59,466 nucleotides of DNA from a candidate division WOR-3 bacterium (lineage in GTDB: Bacteria > Hydrothermota > Tepidihabitantia > Tepidihabitantales > Tepidihabitantaceae). Position 1 is the stretch's first letter. Each line of letters opens with the position of its first letter. This document shows, piece after piece, positions 19,586 through 28,252 of the stretch. The notes beneath the pieces were generated by a model. It had not been told where the DNA came from. It did no database searches and saw only the letters and a program-made list of their open reading frames with translations. The stretch spans positions 1 through 59,466 of the forward strand of contig JAPLUO010000197.1 of assembly GCA_026397595.1 (NCBI GenBank), in the 5' to 3' direction. The position numbers and the translations under genes are program-made.

Positions 19586-20923
19586 GTGAAGTCGCGGAGA
19601 GACAGGTCCTGTGATACGGCGTTCGTTCTATCGCTGTGTCTTGTCTTCCTCGCGTCCATTGGTCTGACCCTTGTTTCCGTCACGCAGGGGAAGAACAAAG
19701 CACTAATCACGAGTGATGGGAAGGACTACTACGTTTGGGCTCGGTCCATTCTTCTTGACCACGACATCGACTTCAGCAACGACTATCAACTGCTGCCCGG
19801 GTCGGGGTCCAACCCGGCCGCGTCTGTAGTGTGGAGTCCGGCGGGGCACGCTGTCAACAAGTACCCCGTCGGCATGGCGATTCTGGAGACGCCCGGGCTT
19901 CTGGTCGGCCATGTCGTGGCCCGCTACGTGGTGCATTCCTCGACAAACGGCGTGACGGCGCCTTATCAAATCGCCGTTGCCTGGTCATTGCTCATCCTCT
20001 ATTTCGTATCCTTTCTCCTTCTATACCGGGCCATGCTTGATCTTGGCGTAACCCGAATGTGGGCATTCGGCTTCTGCCTCACGGCTCTCCTTGGCACGAA
20101 CCTTATCCACTACGTCGCAAAGGAGATGACAATGGTGCACGCGGCAGGAGTAGCGGTGTTCAACATACTGCTCTTCCTGTCTGTTCGGTGGTTCGGTGAG
20201 CACCGGAGAATTCACGTGGCTCACGGAATCCTGCTGGGTGCACTCGTTGGTCTCCTGTTCCTGGTTCGCAACACGAACATCCTGATTCTGCCTGTCCTGG
20301 CAGCGGTGGTTTGGACCAGGAGACGGGTCTACGTCAGCGAGGTATTGCCCGCTCTTTTTGGCGCTGCGGCCATCGCAGCGCTCCAGCCCGTCAGCCTCTG
20401 GTTCCTGTGGGGACGGCTGCGTTTCTCCACTTACTACAACGAGTCGTTCACATCCGGGATCTCGGGGGTCATCAACGCGCTTGGGTCGGCGCGGCACGGG
20501 CTGCTGGTCTATAGTCCTTGGTACTCTGTCCTCCTGCTGATTGCAGCCTATGGGGCGTTTCGCTTGCCACAAGCGAGGCGAGTCTGCATCGCGGCCATCG
20601 CGTCGTTCCTCTTGATGGCTATCGTCAATGGCACATGGTGGTGTTGGTGGTTCGGTTACAGCTTTGGCAACCGCGCCTTCATCGAGACACTTCCTTCACT
20701 CTCTCTCGCTGCCGCCTTGTCAGTCTCGCGACTGAGTATCGGCAGAAAGGTAACGATCGCGCTGATGGTTGTCATGCTCGCTGTCGTGGTTCTGAATCTC
20801 TATCTCTGGATAGGTTTCCTACTTCAGGCATACCCACTCGGCGGCGACCACACCATTGCACAGGCATACCTGTGGCCGTTCTTTCACAGTCCGGCTTCCC
20901 TGATCAATAGATTGTCTCAGTGA
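19586..20923 (+). CDS. polytopic membrane protein, GT-C-like; paralog of 385..1701
   Basis: 445 aa with DYYVWARSILLDHDIDFSNDYQL, NKYPVGMAILETPGLL and NGTWWCWWFGYSFGNRAFIETLP, all shared with 385..1701. Confidence 0.6.
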   Translation: MKSRRDRSCDTAFVLSLCLVFLASIGLTLVSVTQGKNKALITSDGKDYYVWARSILLDHDIDFSNDYQLLPGSGSNPAASVVWSPAGHAVNKYPVGMAILETPGLLVGHVVARYVVHSSTNGVTAPYQIAVAWSLLILYFVSFLLLYRAMLDLGVTRMWAFGFCLTALLGTNLIHYVAKEMTMVHAAGVAVFNILLFLSVRWFGEHRRIHVAHGILLGALVGLLFLVRNTNILILPVLAAVVWTRRRVYVSEVLPALFGAAAIAALQPVSLWFLWGRLRFSTYYNESFTSGISGVINALGSARHGLLVYSPWYSVLLLIAAYGAFRLPQARRVCIAAIASFLLMAIVNGTWWCWWFGYSFGNRAFIETLPSLSLAAALSVSRLSIGRKVTIALMVVMLAVVVLNLYLWIGFLLQAYPLGGDHTIAQAYLWPFFHSPASLINRLSQ

Positions 20924-20980
20924 CACCGTTGATGCGCGACGAGCTTGCCCTGTTCCCGATGAACGACATGCCTTGAGTGA

Positions 20981-22405
20981 GTGCATAATGCGGTCATGTT
21001 CAGTGCCCCGCAGAGGTCCCCGGTGAGCCGGGCAACCGCACGTTCGAATCTTGGAGTGGGAACTCAAGTCCTACCTCGGACTGCTCGGTGGCTTCCTTTC
21101 TGGATTCCTGTGTCGCTGTTCATTCTGGTGCTGTTGGTTCATGGTTTCAGCCGGGTTTCGCAGTCGACCGATTCCATGTGGTCGGTCCATCTGGGCCTCA
21201 GCATAATGCGAGAGGGCGACACTGACCTCGACGAGTACCGTGACGCTGTTCTGAATGGACCTCGGTATGTATATGAGATAATCAACGGTCACATCTACAG
21301 CAGCTACCCGATCGGTACGCCTCTACTGGTTGCTCCGATAGTATATCTGATTGACCTCGGCATCCGATGGCTCCCCCAGCATTCTCCCGGTCCTGAGAGT
21401 TCCCTCACCGTGCCACGCTCTGAGCAAGGTGGGCGGGTGGGTGCTCTTGCGTTTCCCTGGGCAGTAGAGAGACTTATCGCATCGCTGTTGGTCGCACTGA
21501 CGGCCGTCGTCATGTACTTCGTCGGACGGCAGTTCCTGAACCGATGGCTCTCACTTCTATTGGCTTGCGTGTTTGCGTTCTGCACGCCGGCGTGGTCAAC
21601 AGCCAGCAGGGCGCTGTGGCAGCACGGTCCATCGATGCTGATGCTGGCAGCCGCCCTCCTCATCCTGCTTAAAGCCCACAAGAGGCCGTTCTTGGCGCAG
21701 TTTGCCAGCCTTCCCCTGGCGTATTCCTTCGTCATTCGTCCCACAAACGCGCTCTCAATCATCGCTTTGACTATCTACGTTGCCATCCGCTATCGGAGAT
21801 ACCTGCTGCGCTACCTTGCATGGAGTTTGGTGGTTGTCGTGCCGTTTGTGTGGTACGACTTGTGGCTCTATCATTCGATTCTGCCGACTTACTTTGCCCC
21901 CAGCAAAGTAGGCGCGGTTGCCCACTTGTTTGAAGGTCTAGCTGGGACCTTGGTCAGTCCGTCACGCGGTCTCTTTGTGTACTCTCCAGTGTTTCTCTTC
22001 TCGATTTGTGGCGTGGTCCTGAACCTGAAGAAAGGTAAGGACAGGTTGTTCGATCTGCTGTTGGTGGCGGTCGCAACGGCGCATTGGCTCGTTATCTCGA
22101 GTTTCCCTGACTGGTACGGCGGCCATAGTTTCGGGCCACGCTATTTTGCCGACATGGTGCCCTATCTGGTTTACTTCTTGGTCCCGGTGCTGACCTGGTT
22201 CGCGGAGGCGCGCGGCGTTCTCCGAGGTTGTGTCATGGCGGTCTTTCTGTTGCTCGTGCTAGCGAGTTTCCTCATCAATCTCAACGGGGCGGTGAACAGA
22301 GCCACGCAGCTCTGGAATGTCAATCCTGTCAACGTTGACGAAGCACGCGGACGGCTATGGGATTGGGCCGATCCCCAGTTCCTTCGAGGTATCACGAGAG
22401 AGTAA
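20981..22405 (+). CDS. polytopic membrane protein, GT-C/ArnT-like candidate
   Basis: 474-aa ORF with many TM helices. The likely real start is ATG 20996, which lies 6 nt after a CATAAT box at 20984-20989. Confidence 0.55.
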   Translation: MHNAVMFSAPQRSPVSRATARSNLGVGTQVLPRTARWLPFWIPVSLFILVLLVHGFSRVSQSTDSMWSVHLGLSIMREGDTDLDEYRDAVLNGPRYVYEIINGHIYSSYPIGTPLLVAPIVYLIDLGIRWLPQHSPGPESSLTVPRSEQGGRVGALAFPWAVERLIASLLVALTAVVMYFVGRQFLNRWLSLLLACVFAFCTPAWSTASRALWQHGPSMLMLAAALLILLKAHKRPFLAQFASLPLAYSFVIRPTNALSIIALTIYVAIRYRRYLLRYLAWSLVVVVPFVWYDLWLYHSILPTYFAPSKVGAVAHLFEGLAGTLVSPSRGLFVYSPVFLFSICGVVLNLKKGKDRLFDLLLVAVATAHWLVISSFPDWYGGHSFGPRYFADMVPYLVYFLVPVLTWFAEARGVLRGCVMAVFLLLVLASFLINLNGAVNRATQLWNVNPVNVDEARGRLWDWADPQFLRGITRE

Positions 22406-22508
22406 GCCGCCGCTGGCACCCGGGACGTGGAGTAACTGGCAACGGGCCGACCTCTGCGGCTGTAGGCGGATTCGGTGTCGCCGCTGGCGACTGCTGGCAG
22501 AATACCAG

Positions 22509-22844
22509 CTATGCGTTCGAACCGAGGAGTGACCGGAGGGCAACAAGCTCCTTCTTGAGCCAGAGGTGTGTTTGGCGGGGGTCCCTTGGCGCGGCGGTGG
22601 GGGTGGGGTTCGCGGACATCTTGGCGAGTTGGCGGCGGGCGCCGGTCACGGTCAGCTTCTCGGTTCGCACCAGGTGTTTGATGAGCTGTAGGCGTTCGAG
22701 CTGGGCGTCGGTGTAGATGCGGCGACCAGCAGAGTTACGGGCCGGCTTGAGCTCGAACCGCTGTTCCCAGTAGCGCAGCACGTGGGGTTTGATGCTGAGC
22801 TTGCGGCAATCCTCGGTCACCGAATAGTAGTTCCTCGTGTTCAT
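22509..22844 (-). CDS. MerR-family transcriptional regulator
   Basis: YSVTEDCRKLSIKPHVLRYWEQRF...GRRIYTDAQLERLQLIKHL is a typical MerR HTH. Confidence 0.8.
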   Translation of the reverse strand: MNTRNYYSVTEDCRKLSIKPHVLRYWEQRFELKPARNSAGRRIYTDAQLERLQLIKHLVRTEKLTVTGARRQLAKMSANPTPTAAPRDPRQTHLWLKKELVALRSLLGSNA

Positions 22845-23836
22845 TTCCAGATTTCCTGGCTCGGGTTACGTCTCAGCAGCCGGTTTATGCTGTCGCGCGG
22901 AGACAGACCTTCGTATAGAATCTTGCAGACTTCCTCAGTGATCGGCATCTCGACTCGTTGGCTGCCGGCCAGGGTTCGGGCCGAGCGAGCGGTTGTCGCG
23001 CCTTCGGCGACTCCGGATAGCTTCGCCATAGCCGCTGCCGTCGACTCGCCCTGGCCAATGGCGACGCCGAGGGTATGGTTGCGCGAGTGATCCGAGAACG
23101 CCGTGACGATGAGGTCGCCCATCCCGGACAGGCCCGCGAAGGTGAGCGGATTGGCGTTGAACGCGAGGCCGAGCCGGGTGATTTCGGCAAGCCCGCGGGT
23201 CAGCAGGGCAGCCTTGGCGTTGATGCCAAGCCCGATGCCGTCGGCGATGCCGGCGGCGATCGCGATGACGTTCTTCAGGGCGGCGCCGAGTTCGACGCCA
23301 ACGACGTCGCCGTGCGAGTAGACGCGGAGGTTCCCACCGGTGAACGTGTCTCGGACCAGCGTGGCGCCTGTCTCGTTTGAGGACGCGGCGACGAGCGAAG
23401 TGGGATCGCCTAGCGCGACGTCACGAGGTATGCCGGGTCCGGCCAGCACGACGACCGGGAGTGCGGGGAATGTCTCGCTGATAGCGACCGACAGGCGCTT
23501 GAGTGACTTCGGTTCGATGCCCTTGGTCACGGTCACGAATGCCTGAGGCTTCGGGCCCGCGGCTTTCACCTGCCGAACAACGTCAGCCAGGGCGTCCGAT
23601 GGCACCGCGAACACAACCAGCTCGGCCCCGTCGACCACTTTGCCAAGGTCGTCGGTCGCCACCATCGTCTCCGGTATGGTGACGCTCTCGGGCAGGTCAG
23701 GATGACGCCGGGTTGAATGAAGCCGGTCTAGGCTTGCCCGGTTGGATTCCCAGAGCGATACGTCCAGGCCTTTCGCGGCCAGCTTGATGCCGAGGGCAAG
23801 TGCCCAGCGGCCGGCTCCGGCAAAGGCGACCTTCAT
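22841..23836 (-). CDS. gpsA: NAD(P)H-dependent glycerol-3-phosphate dehydrogenase
   Basis: MKVAFAGAGRWALALG Rossmann N-terminus with conserved GpsA core. Its ATG at 23836 overlaps the plsY stop (ATGA). The 518-aa ORF extension is spurious. Confidence 0.9.
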   Translation of the reverse strand: MKVAFAGAGRWALALGIKLAAKGLDVSLWESNRASLDRLHSTRRHPDLPESVTIPETMVATDDLGKVVDGAELVVFAVPSDALADVVRQVKAAGPKPQAFVTVTKGIEPKSLKRLSVAISETFPALPVVVLAGPGIPRDVALGDPTSLVAASSNETGATLVRDTFTGGNLRVYSHGDVVGVELGAALKNVIAIAAGIADGIGLGINAKAALLTRGLAEITRLGLAFNANPLTFAGLSGMGDLIVTAFSDHSRNHTLGVAIGQGESTAAAMAKLSGVAEGATTARSARTLAGSQRVEMPITEEVCKILYEGLSPRDSINRLLRRNPSQEIWK

Positions 23837-24450
23837 GTTTTCCTGAACAGCTTGAGCCACAGTCCGAGCCGTGGTTCCGTGCCGTTGGCGAGGCGTCCGA
23901 TATTCGACCAGTGACGAATGACGATTACGACCGCCACGCCCAGCGTGAATGCGAGCAGCGGTGCGCTGTGCCGGTAGATGAGTGCGGTCAGGATCGGCAG
24001 GGCGCAGGCAAAGACCAGCGACGAGAGTGAGATGAAGCCGGTCACCGCGAGCACCGTAACGTATATACCGAGCCCGGCGAGCAGACCTTTCGGGCAGAGG
24101 AAAGCCGCAACGCCCACGGTTGTTGCCACACCCTTGCCACCCTTGAACCCGAGCCACGGGCAGAACACGTGGCCGAGGATTGCGCCCAGACCGACCAGCG
24201 CCGGCGTGAGGACAAGCGGCTGAGCGAACGCAGTCGGCAGAAGTCCCTTGGCGACATCGAGCAGCAGGACCGGTATTGCCCAGAGCCAGCCAATGGTGCG
24301 CTGGACGTTGGTGAACCCGATATTGCCTGAGCCGTGCCGGCGGATGTCGATTCCGTTCAACCGGCCCGCGACATACCCAAACGGGATCGAGCCGCACGTC
24401 GCGCCGGCCAGCAAGGAGAGGAGGGCAGTCCGGACCATCGGTTCAGTCAC
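23833..24450 (-). CDS. plsY: glycerol-3-phosphate acyltransferase PlsY
   Basis: GSIPFGYVAGR and HGSGNIGFTNVQR motifs in a 205-aa membrane protein. Confidence 0.9.
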   Translation of the reverse strand: MTEPMVRTALLSLLAGATCGSIPFGYVAGRLNGIDIRRHGSGNIGFTNVQRTIGWLWAIPVLLLDVAKGLLPTAFAQPLVLTPALVGLGAILGHVFCPWLGFKGGKGVATTVGVAAFLCPKGLLAGLGIYVTVLAVTGFISLSSLVFACALPILTALIYRHSAPLLAFTLGVAVVIVIRHWSNIGRLANGTEPRLGLWLKLFRKT

Positions 24451-24503
24451 CGCGGCCGACTCCTACTGATGGCGTCAGGATGCGAGTCTCATTCACTGAA
24501 TCC

Positions 24504-24531
24504 AAGATAGCCGCCTGTCGTCCGATGTCAA
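24504..24531 (-). promoter_or_regulatory. sigma70-like promoter (TTGACA-16-TATCTT) for plsY-gpsA-merR
   Basis: Minus-strand hexamers about 55 nt upstream of the plsY start. Confidence 0.4.
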
Positions 24532-24544
24532 GCGGCTGCGGTTG

Positions 24545-24573
24545 TTGACACCGGCCGGACGTGGCAATATGGT
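24545..24573 (+). promoter_or_regulatory. sigma70-like promoter (TTGACA-17-TATGGT)
   Basis: Divergent partner of the plsY promoter, 19 nt upstream of the TTG start at 24593. Confidence 0.45.
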
Positions 24574-24592
24574 TTAACCTAAGAGACGTAAG

Positions 24593-25426
24593 TTGAACAA
24601 CTCACTACCGCAGCAGGACGAGAAGCGACCCGACCGGGCGGTCGCAACGACCGGACAGGCTGCATCACCGCCGAAACTGGTTTTCGAGCCGGACGAGCGA
24701 CAGGCCGCACGGGTCGCACGCGTGCGGACGTTCACCGTACTGGCGGCCGCGGTCCTCACGCTGGGGGCGCTGGTTCTGATTCTGACATACCGACCCCGGC
24801 CACCGGCCCTGCCCGTTCAGATTGCGCAGGCACGTACCGTGCCTCTGCCCGAGAGCACGACTCCAGTTCCAGCGCCGGCTGTCATCCAACAACCTCCAGC
24901 CTTTCACGAGACCGGCGTGGTTGGGACCGCTCAACTAGCAGCAGCGGCAATAGATACACTGGTGAGCAGTGCGGCTGGAAAGTGGATGCGGGCTACCGAG
25001 TTATCGCGGCTCGGCAGTGTGACGCGCGAGAATGGGGAGGACGCGGTCACGAAGCTCAGAAAGGCAGTTGTCCTTGCGGACAGCGCGCGTGGAGACATCG
25101 CCCTGGCGCGGCAGCAGGCCGAGGTCATCTTCAGGGCCTCGCGCGGCGCGGAGTCCGGAACCGCCTTCCGGCTCAGCGCTCTCTACGCCGCCATCGACCG
25201 CTACTTGAAGTCCATGGCTGATGACGCCGATGATCGGTACTCCTTCTACTCGAAGTCAGAGGTCTCGGTCAAGACGGTGCTCCTTGGGGATTCTGCTGAG
25301 TCTGATATCCAGCAGAACGTGGCCATGAGTTATCTGCGCCGGTCTGAGGATCGACAGAACAGCATCCGGCGGCTGGCGCAGCAGGTTCGCGAGGCACTAC
25401 TCAACATTGATAATGCCGGCAGATAA
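24593..25426 (+). CDS. hypothetical membrane-anchored protein
   Basis: 277 aa with one TM (FTVLAAAVLTLGALVLILTY), a Pro-rich linker and a helical C-region. No family recognised. Confidence 0.5.
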   Translation: MNNSLPQQDEKRPDRAVATTGQAASPPKLVFEPDERQAARVARVRTFTVLAAAVLTLGALVLILTYRPRPPALPVQIAQARTVPLPESTTPVPAPAVIQQPPAFHETGVVGTAQLAAAAIDTLVSSAAGKWMRATELSRLGSVTRENGEDAVTKLRKAVVLADSARGDIALARQQAEVIFRASRGAESGTAFRLSALYAAIDRYLKSMADDADDRYSFYSKSEVSVKTVLLGDSAESDIQQNVAMSYLRRSEDRQNSIRRLAQQVREALLNIDNAGR

Positions 25427-26147
25427 GGGCGCGCGTAGCTGGCGACTCCGGGTAGTTCAGCTCGCCGTCGTCTTGGTTGGCATATGCCTGCTGGCGGGCT
25501 GCCGGTTCCCGACCACGGTCTATGGTCAGCTTGCGCTCAAGCCCGGGCAAGACGGCGACGTGCGGCTTGCTCGGGTCGAGTTGCATGACAGCGTTGCCTG
25601 GGATTCGGCCCCGCTATATGCCATTGTTCCGGAATCGGGCGGGTCGTTCTTCCGGGCGTCGTTCGAGTTCCCGGCGGTCGCGCCGGGGCCATACTACCTG
25701 CTGGCGTGGCAGGATAAGGACGCCGACGGCAAAGTCAGTGACGGGGACATGACCGGCGTGTACGGCGGTCCGCACGAGCCGGGCTCGCCAGGCAAGCCGG
25801 TGATGGTTCATGAGGACTGGACCGTCGACGCCGGAGAAATCGAGATGGCGAGGTATGCTGTGCTTGAAGTCGCGGCAGCCGGCCAAAGGTCGCAGTCCGG
25901 CGAGACGACCGGCTTCATCTACACCGCGAACTACGACGTCACTCTAGCCTCATTGACCATCACCTTTCCCGGCCAGCCGGCGATGCCTGATCCGAGTGCT
26001 CCCGGGCCAAAGCTTGCCGATTCAACGTACCGATCCGACGGCTGGAGAATGGGCGGTCCAATGCCCACCGGCCTGCACCAGCTCGAGTTCCGCGGTTTGC
26101 TCGACGACGACAGCTTCGACATCCGAGTGGCCGTGCCCGTCGAGTAG
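25407..26147 (+). CDS. hypothetical lipoprotein
   Basis: Signal peptide with lipobox (LLAGC). It overlaps the previous gene by 20 nt. No family recognised. Confidence 0.5.
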   Translation: MIMPADKGARSWRLRVVQLAVVLVGICLLAGCRFPTTVYGQLALKPGQDGDVRLARVELHDSVAWDSAPLYAIVPESGGSFFRASFEFPAVAPGPYYLLAWQDKDADGKVSDGDMTGVYGGPHEPGSPGKPVMVHEDWTVDAGEIEMARYAVLEVAAAGQRSQSGETTGFIYTANYDVTLASLTITFPGQPAMPDPSAPGPKLADSTYRSDGWRMGGPMPTGLHQLEFRGLLDDDSFDIRVAVPVE

Positions 26148-26177
26148 TTCTCCGTCCGGCGCGGCGGTTCATTCACC

Positions 26178-26205
26178 TTGACTCTCCAGCGTCAGTCCCT
26201 ATGAT
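26178..26205 (+). promoter_or_regulatory. sigma70-like promoter (TTGACT-16-TATGAT), leaderless relative to GTG 26214
   Basis: The -10 ends 8 nt before the start codon. Confidence 0.5.
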
Positions 26206-26213
26206 TACTCGCT

Positions 26214-27401
26214 GTGGACCTAATCGAGAGCCTTGCGGTCAAGAACGAGCAGAAGATACTGCTCGTCGTGCTTGATGGACTGGGCGGCCTGCCCAGGAAC
26301 GGCAAGACCGAACTCGAATCTGCCTCGACTCCCAACCTGGACGCACTGGCGGCCAAATCCGGGCTCGGGCTGCTGACGCCAGTGGATGTCGGAATAACCC
26401 CCGGGTCCGGACCCGGTCACATGGCGCTATTTGGCTATGACCCGGTCAGGTGTTTCGTCGGCCGGGGCGTGATGGAGGTCCTGGGCGTCGGCCTCCACCC
26501 GGGGCCGGACGATTTGTGCACGCGGGGCAACTTTGCCACGCTTGGCCCGGATGGGGCGGTCAGCGATCGCCGGGCCGGCAGGATTGCCACTGAGTTGTGC
26601 GTTGAGCTCTGTGAACGGTTGCAGGCCGCGATCCCGACCATAGAAGACGTCAAAGTGCTGGTCAGACCGGGCATGGGTCACCGGTTCGTCGTAGTGTTCC
26701 AGGGTCCGGGGCTTGGCGACGGGCTTACCGATTCGGACCCTCAGCACAACGGGTTGAAGCCGCTCGCGGTCGAGGCGTCAGGCCCGATCGCGGAAAAGTC
26801 GGCGCGCGTCGCCAATGGGTTCATCGAACGCGCCGCCGAGGTGCTTAAAGACCAGGACCGGGCCAACTTTGTTCTGCTGCGTGGTCTGGCCCTGCCGCCA
26901 CCGATTCCGTCAATGTGCGAGCGGTACAAGCTGACGCCGGCGTGTGTCGCCGCGTACCCGATGTATCGCGGCCTGGCTAAGCTCGTGGGCATGGACGTGC
27001 TTGAGACGGGCCAGACGTGGCAGAGTGAGGTCCAGACCGTGCGCGAGCACCAGTCTGAGTACGACTTCTTCTTCCTGCACTTCAAGGAGACAGACAAGGC
27101 GGGTGAAGACGGTAAGTTCGAGGCCAAGCAGGCGCTGATCGAGCAGTTCGACAAGGAGATTCTCCCGCAACTGCTCGCGCTCAACTTCGACGTGTTGTGT
27201 ATCACCGGCGACCATTCAGCCGGCGACAGTGGTCGGGCATTCGTGGCACCCGGTGCCGATGCTTCTGAACTCCGCGTACGTCCGGCCCCAACCGGTAGTC
27301 GGAGAGTTCGGGGAGGGCGCGTGCGCGCACGGCAGCCTCGGGCACATGCCTTCGGTGAAGCTGATGCAGTTGTTGCTGGCGAACGCGCTCAAGCTGAATA
27401 A
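26214..27401 (+). CDS. apgM: cofactor-independent phosphoglycerate mutase (ApgM type), frameshifted near 27219
   Basis: ILLVVLDGLGGLP...TPNLDALA...ITGDHS matches ApgM. After DHS the conserved continuation PATVVGHSWHPVPMLL...LKLNKFGA lies in the +1 frame (27220..27414). The in-frame tail is Arg/Ala-rich nonsense. Confidence 0.8.
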   Translation: MDLIESLAVKNEQKILLVVLDGLGGLPRNGKTELESASTPNLDALAAKSGLGLLTPVDVGITPGSGPGHMALFGYDPVRCFVGRGVMEVLGVGLHPGPDDLCTRGNFATLGPDGAVSDRRAGRIATELCVELCERLQAAIPTIEDVKVLVRPGMGHRFVVVFQGPGLGDGLTDSDPQHNGLKPLAVEASGPIAEKSARVANGFIERAAEVLKDQDRANFVLLRGLALPPPIPSMCERYKLTPACVAAYPMYRGLAKLVGMDVLETGQTWQSEVQTVREHQSEYDFFFLHFKETDKAGEDGKFEAKQALIEQFDKEILPQLLALNFDVLCITGDHSAGDSGRAFVAPGADASELRVRPAPTGSRRVRGGRVRARQPRAHAFGEADAVVAGERAQAE

Positions 27402-27414
27402 GTTCGGGGCATAG

Positions 27415-27975
27415 TTGGCTCAGCGTCGCGCAATCATCTCGGTCTGGGACAAGACCGGCATCGTCGAACTGGCGCGGGCACTGGCCGCTGCCGGGTACGA
27501 TATCCTCTCGACCTCCAAGACCGCGGCCGCGATTCGCGAAGCCGGAGTCCCCGTAACCGAGATCGCGACCTACACCGGCTCGCCTGAGATTCTCGGCGGC
27601 CGGGTCAAGACCCTTCACCCCAAGATTGCCGGCGGCATCCTGACCACACGTAAAGACGACACGGTCGACCCGATAGACATCGTGGTCTGCAACCTCTACG
27701 CTTTTGAGGACGGTCTGGCACGCGGAGCTACTCACGACGAGCTGGTTGAGTTGATAGACATCGGCGGTGTGACTCTCCTGCGCGCGGCGGCCAAGAACCA
27801 CGCGTTCGTGACCGTGGTCCCGGACCCGAAGCACTACCCGGCAATCATCGCCGAGTTGGGCCGAACCGGCACCATCAGTGCCGGGCTGCGGAAGAAGCTC
27901 GCGGCCGAAGCCTTCACCATCACCAGCCGCTACGACACCGCCATCGCCCGCTACCTCCAGTCCGTGACCGGCTAG
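27415..27975 (+). CDS. purH: stand-alone IMP cyclohydrolase (PurH N-terminal MGS-like domain only)
   Basis: ISVWDKTGIVELA, GGRVKTLHPKI and IDIGGVTLLRAAAKNH motifs. It stops after 186 aa, and no AICAR-transformylase domain is present downstream in any frame. Confidence 0.75.
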   Translation: MAQRRAIISVWDKTGIVELARALAAAGYDILSTSKTAAAIREAGVPVTEIATYTGSPEILGGRVKTLHPKIAGGILTTRKDDTVDPIDIVVCNLYAFEDGLARGATHDELVELIDIGGVTLLRAAAKNHAFVTVVPDPKHYPAIIAELGRTGTISAGLRKKLAAEAFTITSRYDTAIARYLQSVTG

Positions 27976-28218
27976 CCCCGGTTTCTGCTTCTCCGACACC
28001 TGTCTGACTTCCGAGCCGGTGGTCGTGCGTCGTACGTCAGGTGGGAGGCATCGCCGTGGCCTGTGACTATCGTACGGCCAGGGGAGAAGCCCGCGCGTCG
28101 GGCCCGCAGGGGTCCACACGTGTCTCCGCTTCCGTCTATTCCTCTGAGTTGACGTCGGGGCGGAGGGACCCGAGTTCCGCGGGGGGCCTGAGAGCCGGGC
28201 CGCCGACGTAGTCGGGCA

Positions 28219-28246
28219 TTGACATCAGGGGAGAACGGGCTAATCA
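28219..28246 (+). promoter_or_regulatory. sigma70-like promoter (TTGACA-16-TAATCA), leaderless relative to ATG 28253
   Basis: The -10 ends 6 nt before the ATG. Coordinates are +/-1. Confidence 0.5.
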
Positions 28247-28252
28247 AGTGCG

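Noticed and set aside
22841-24397. 518-aa ORF suggesting a much longer gpsA
   Set aside because: The upstream 186 codons overlap plsY in another frame and are Arg/Pro-rich nonsense. The conserved GpsA N-terminus MKVAFAGAG begins at 23836, with an ATGA overlap to plsY.
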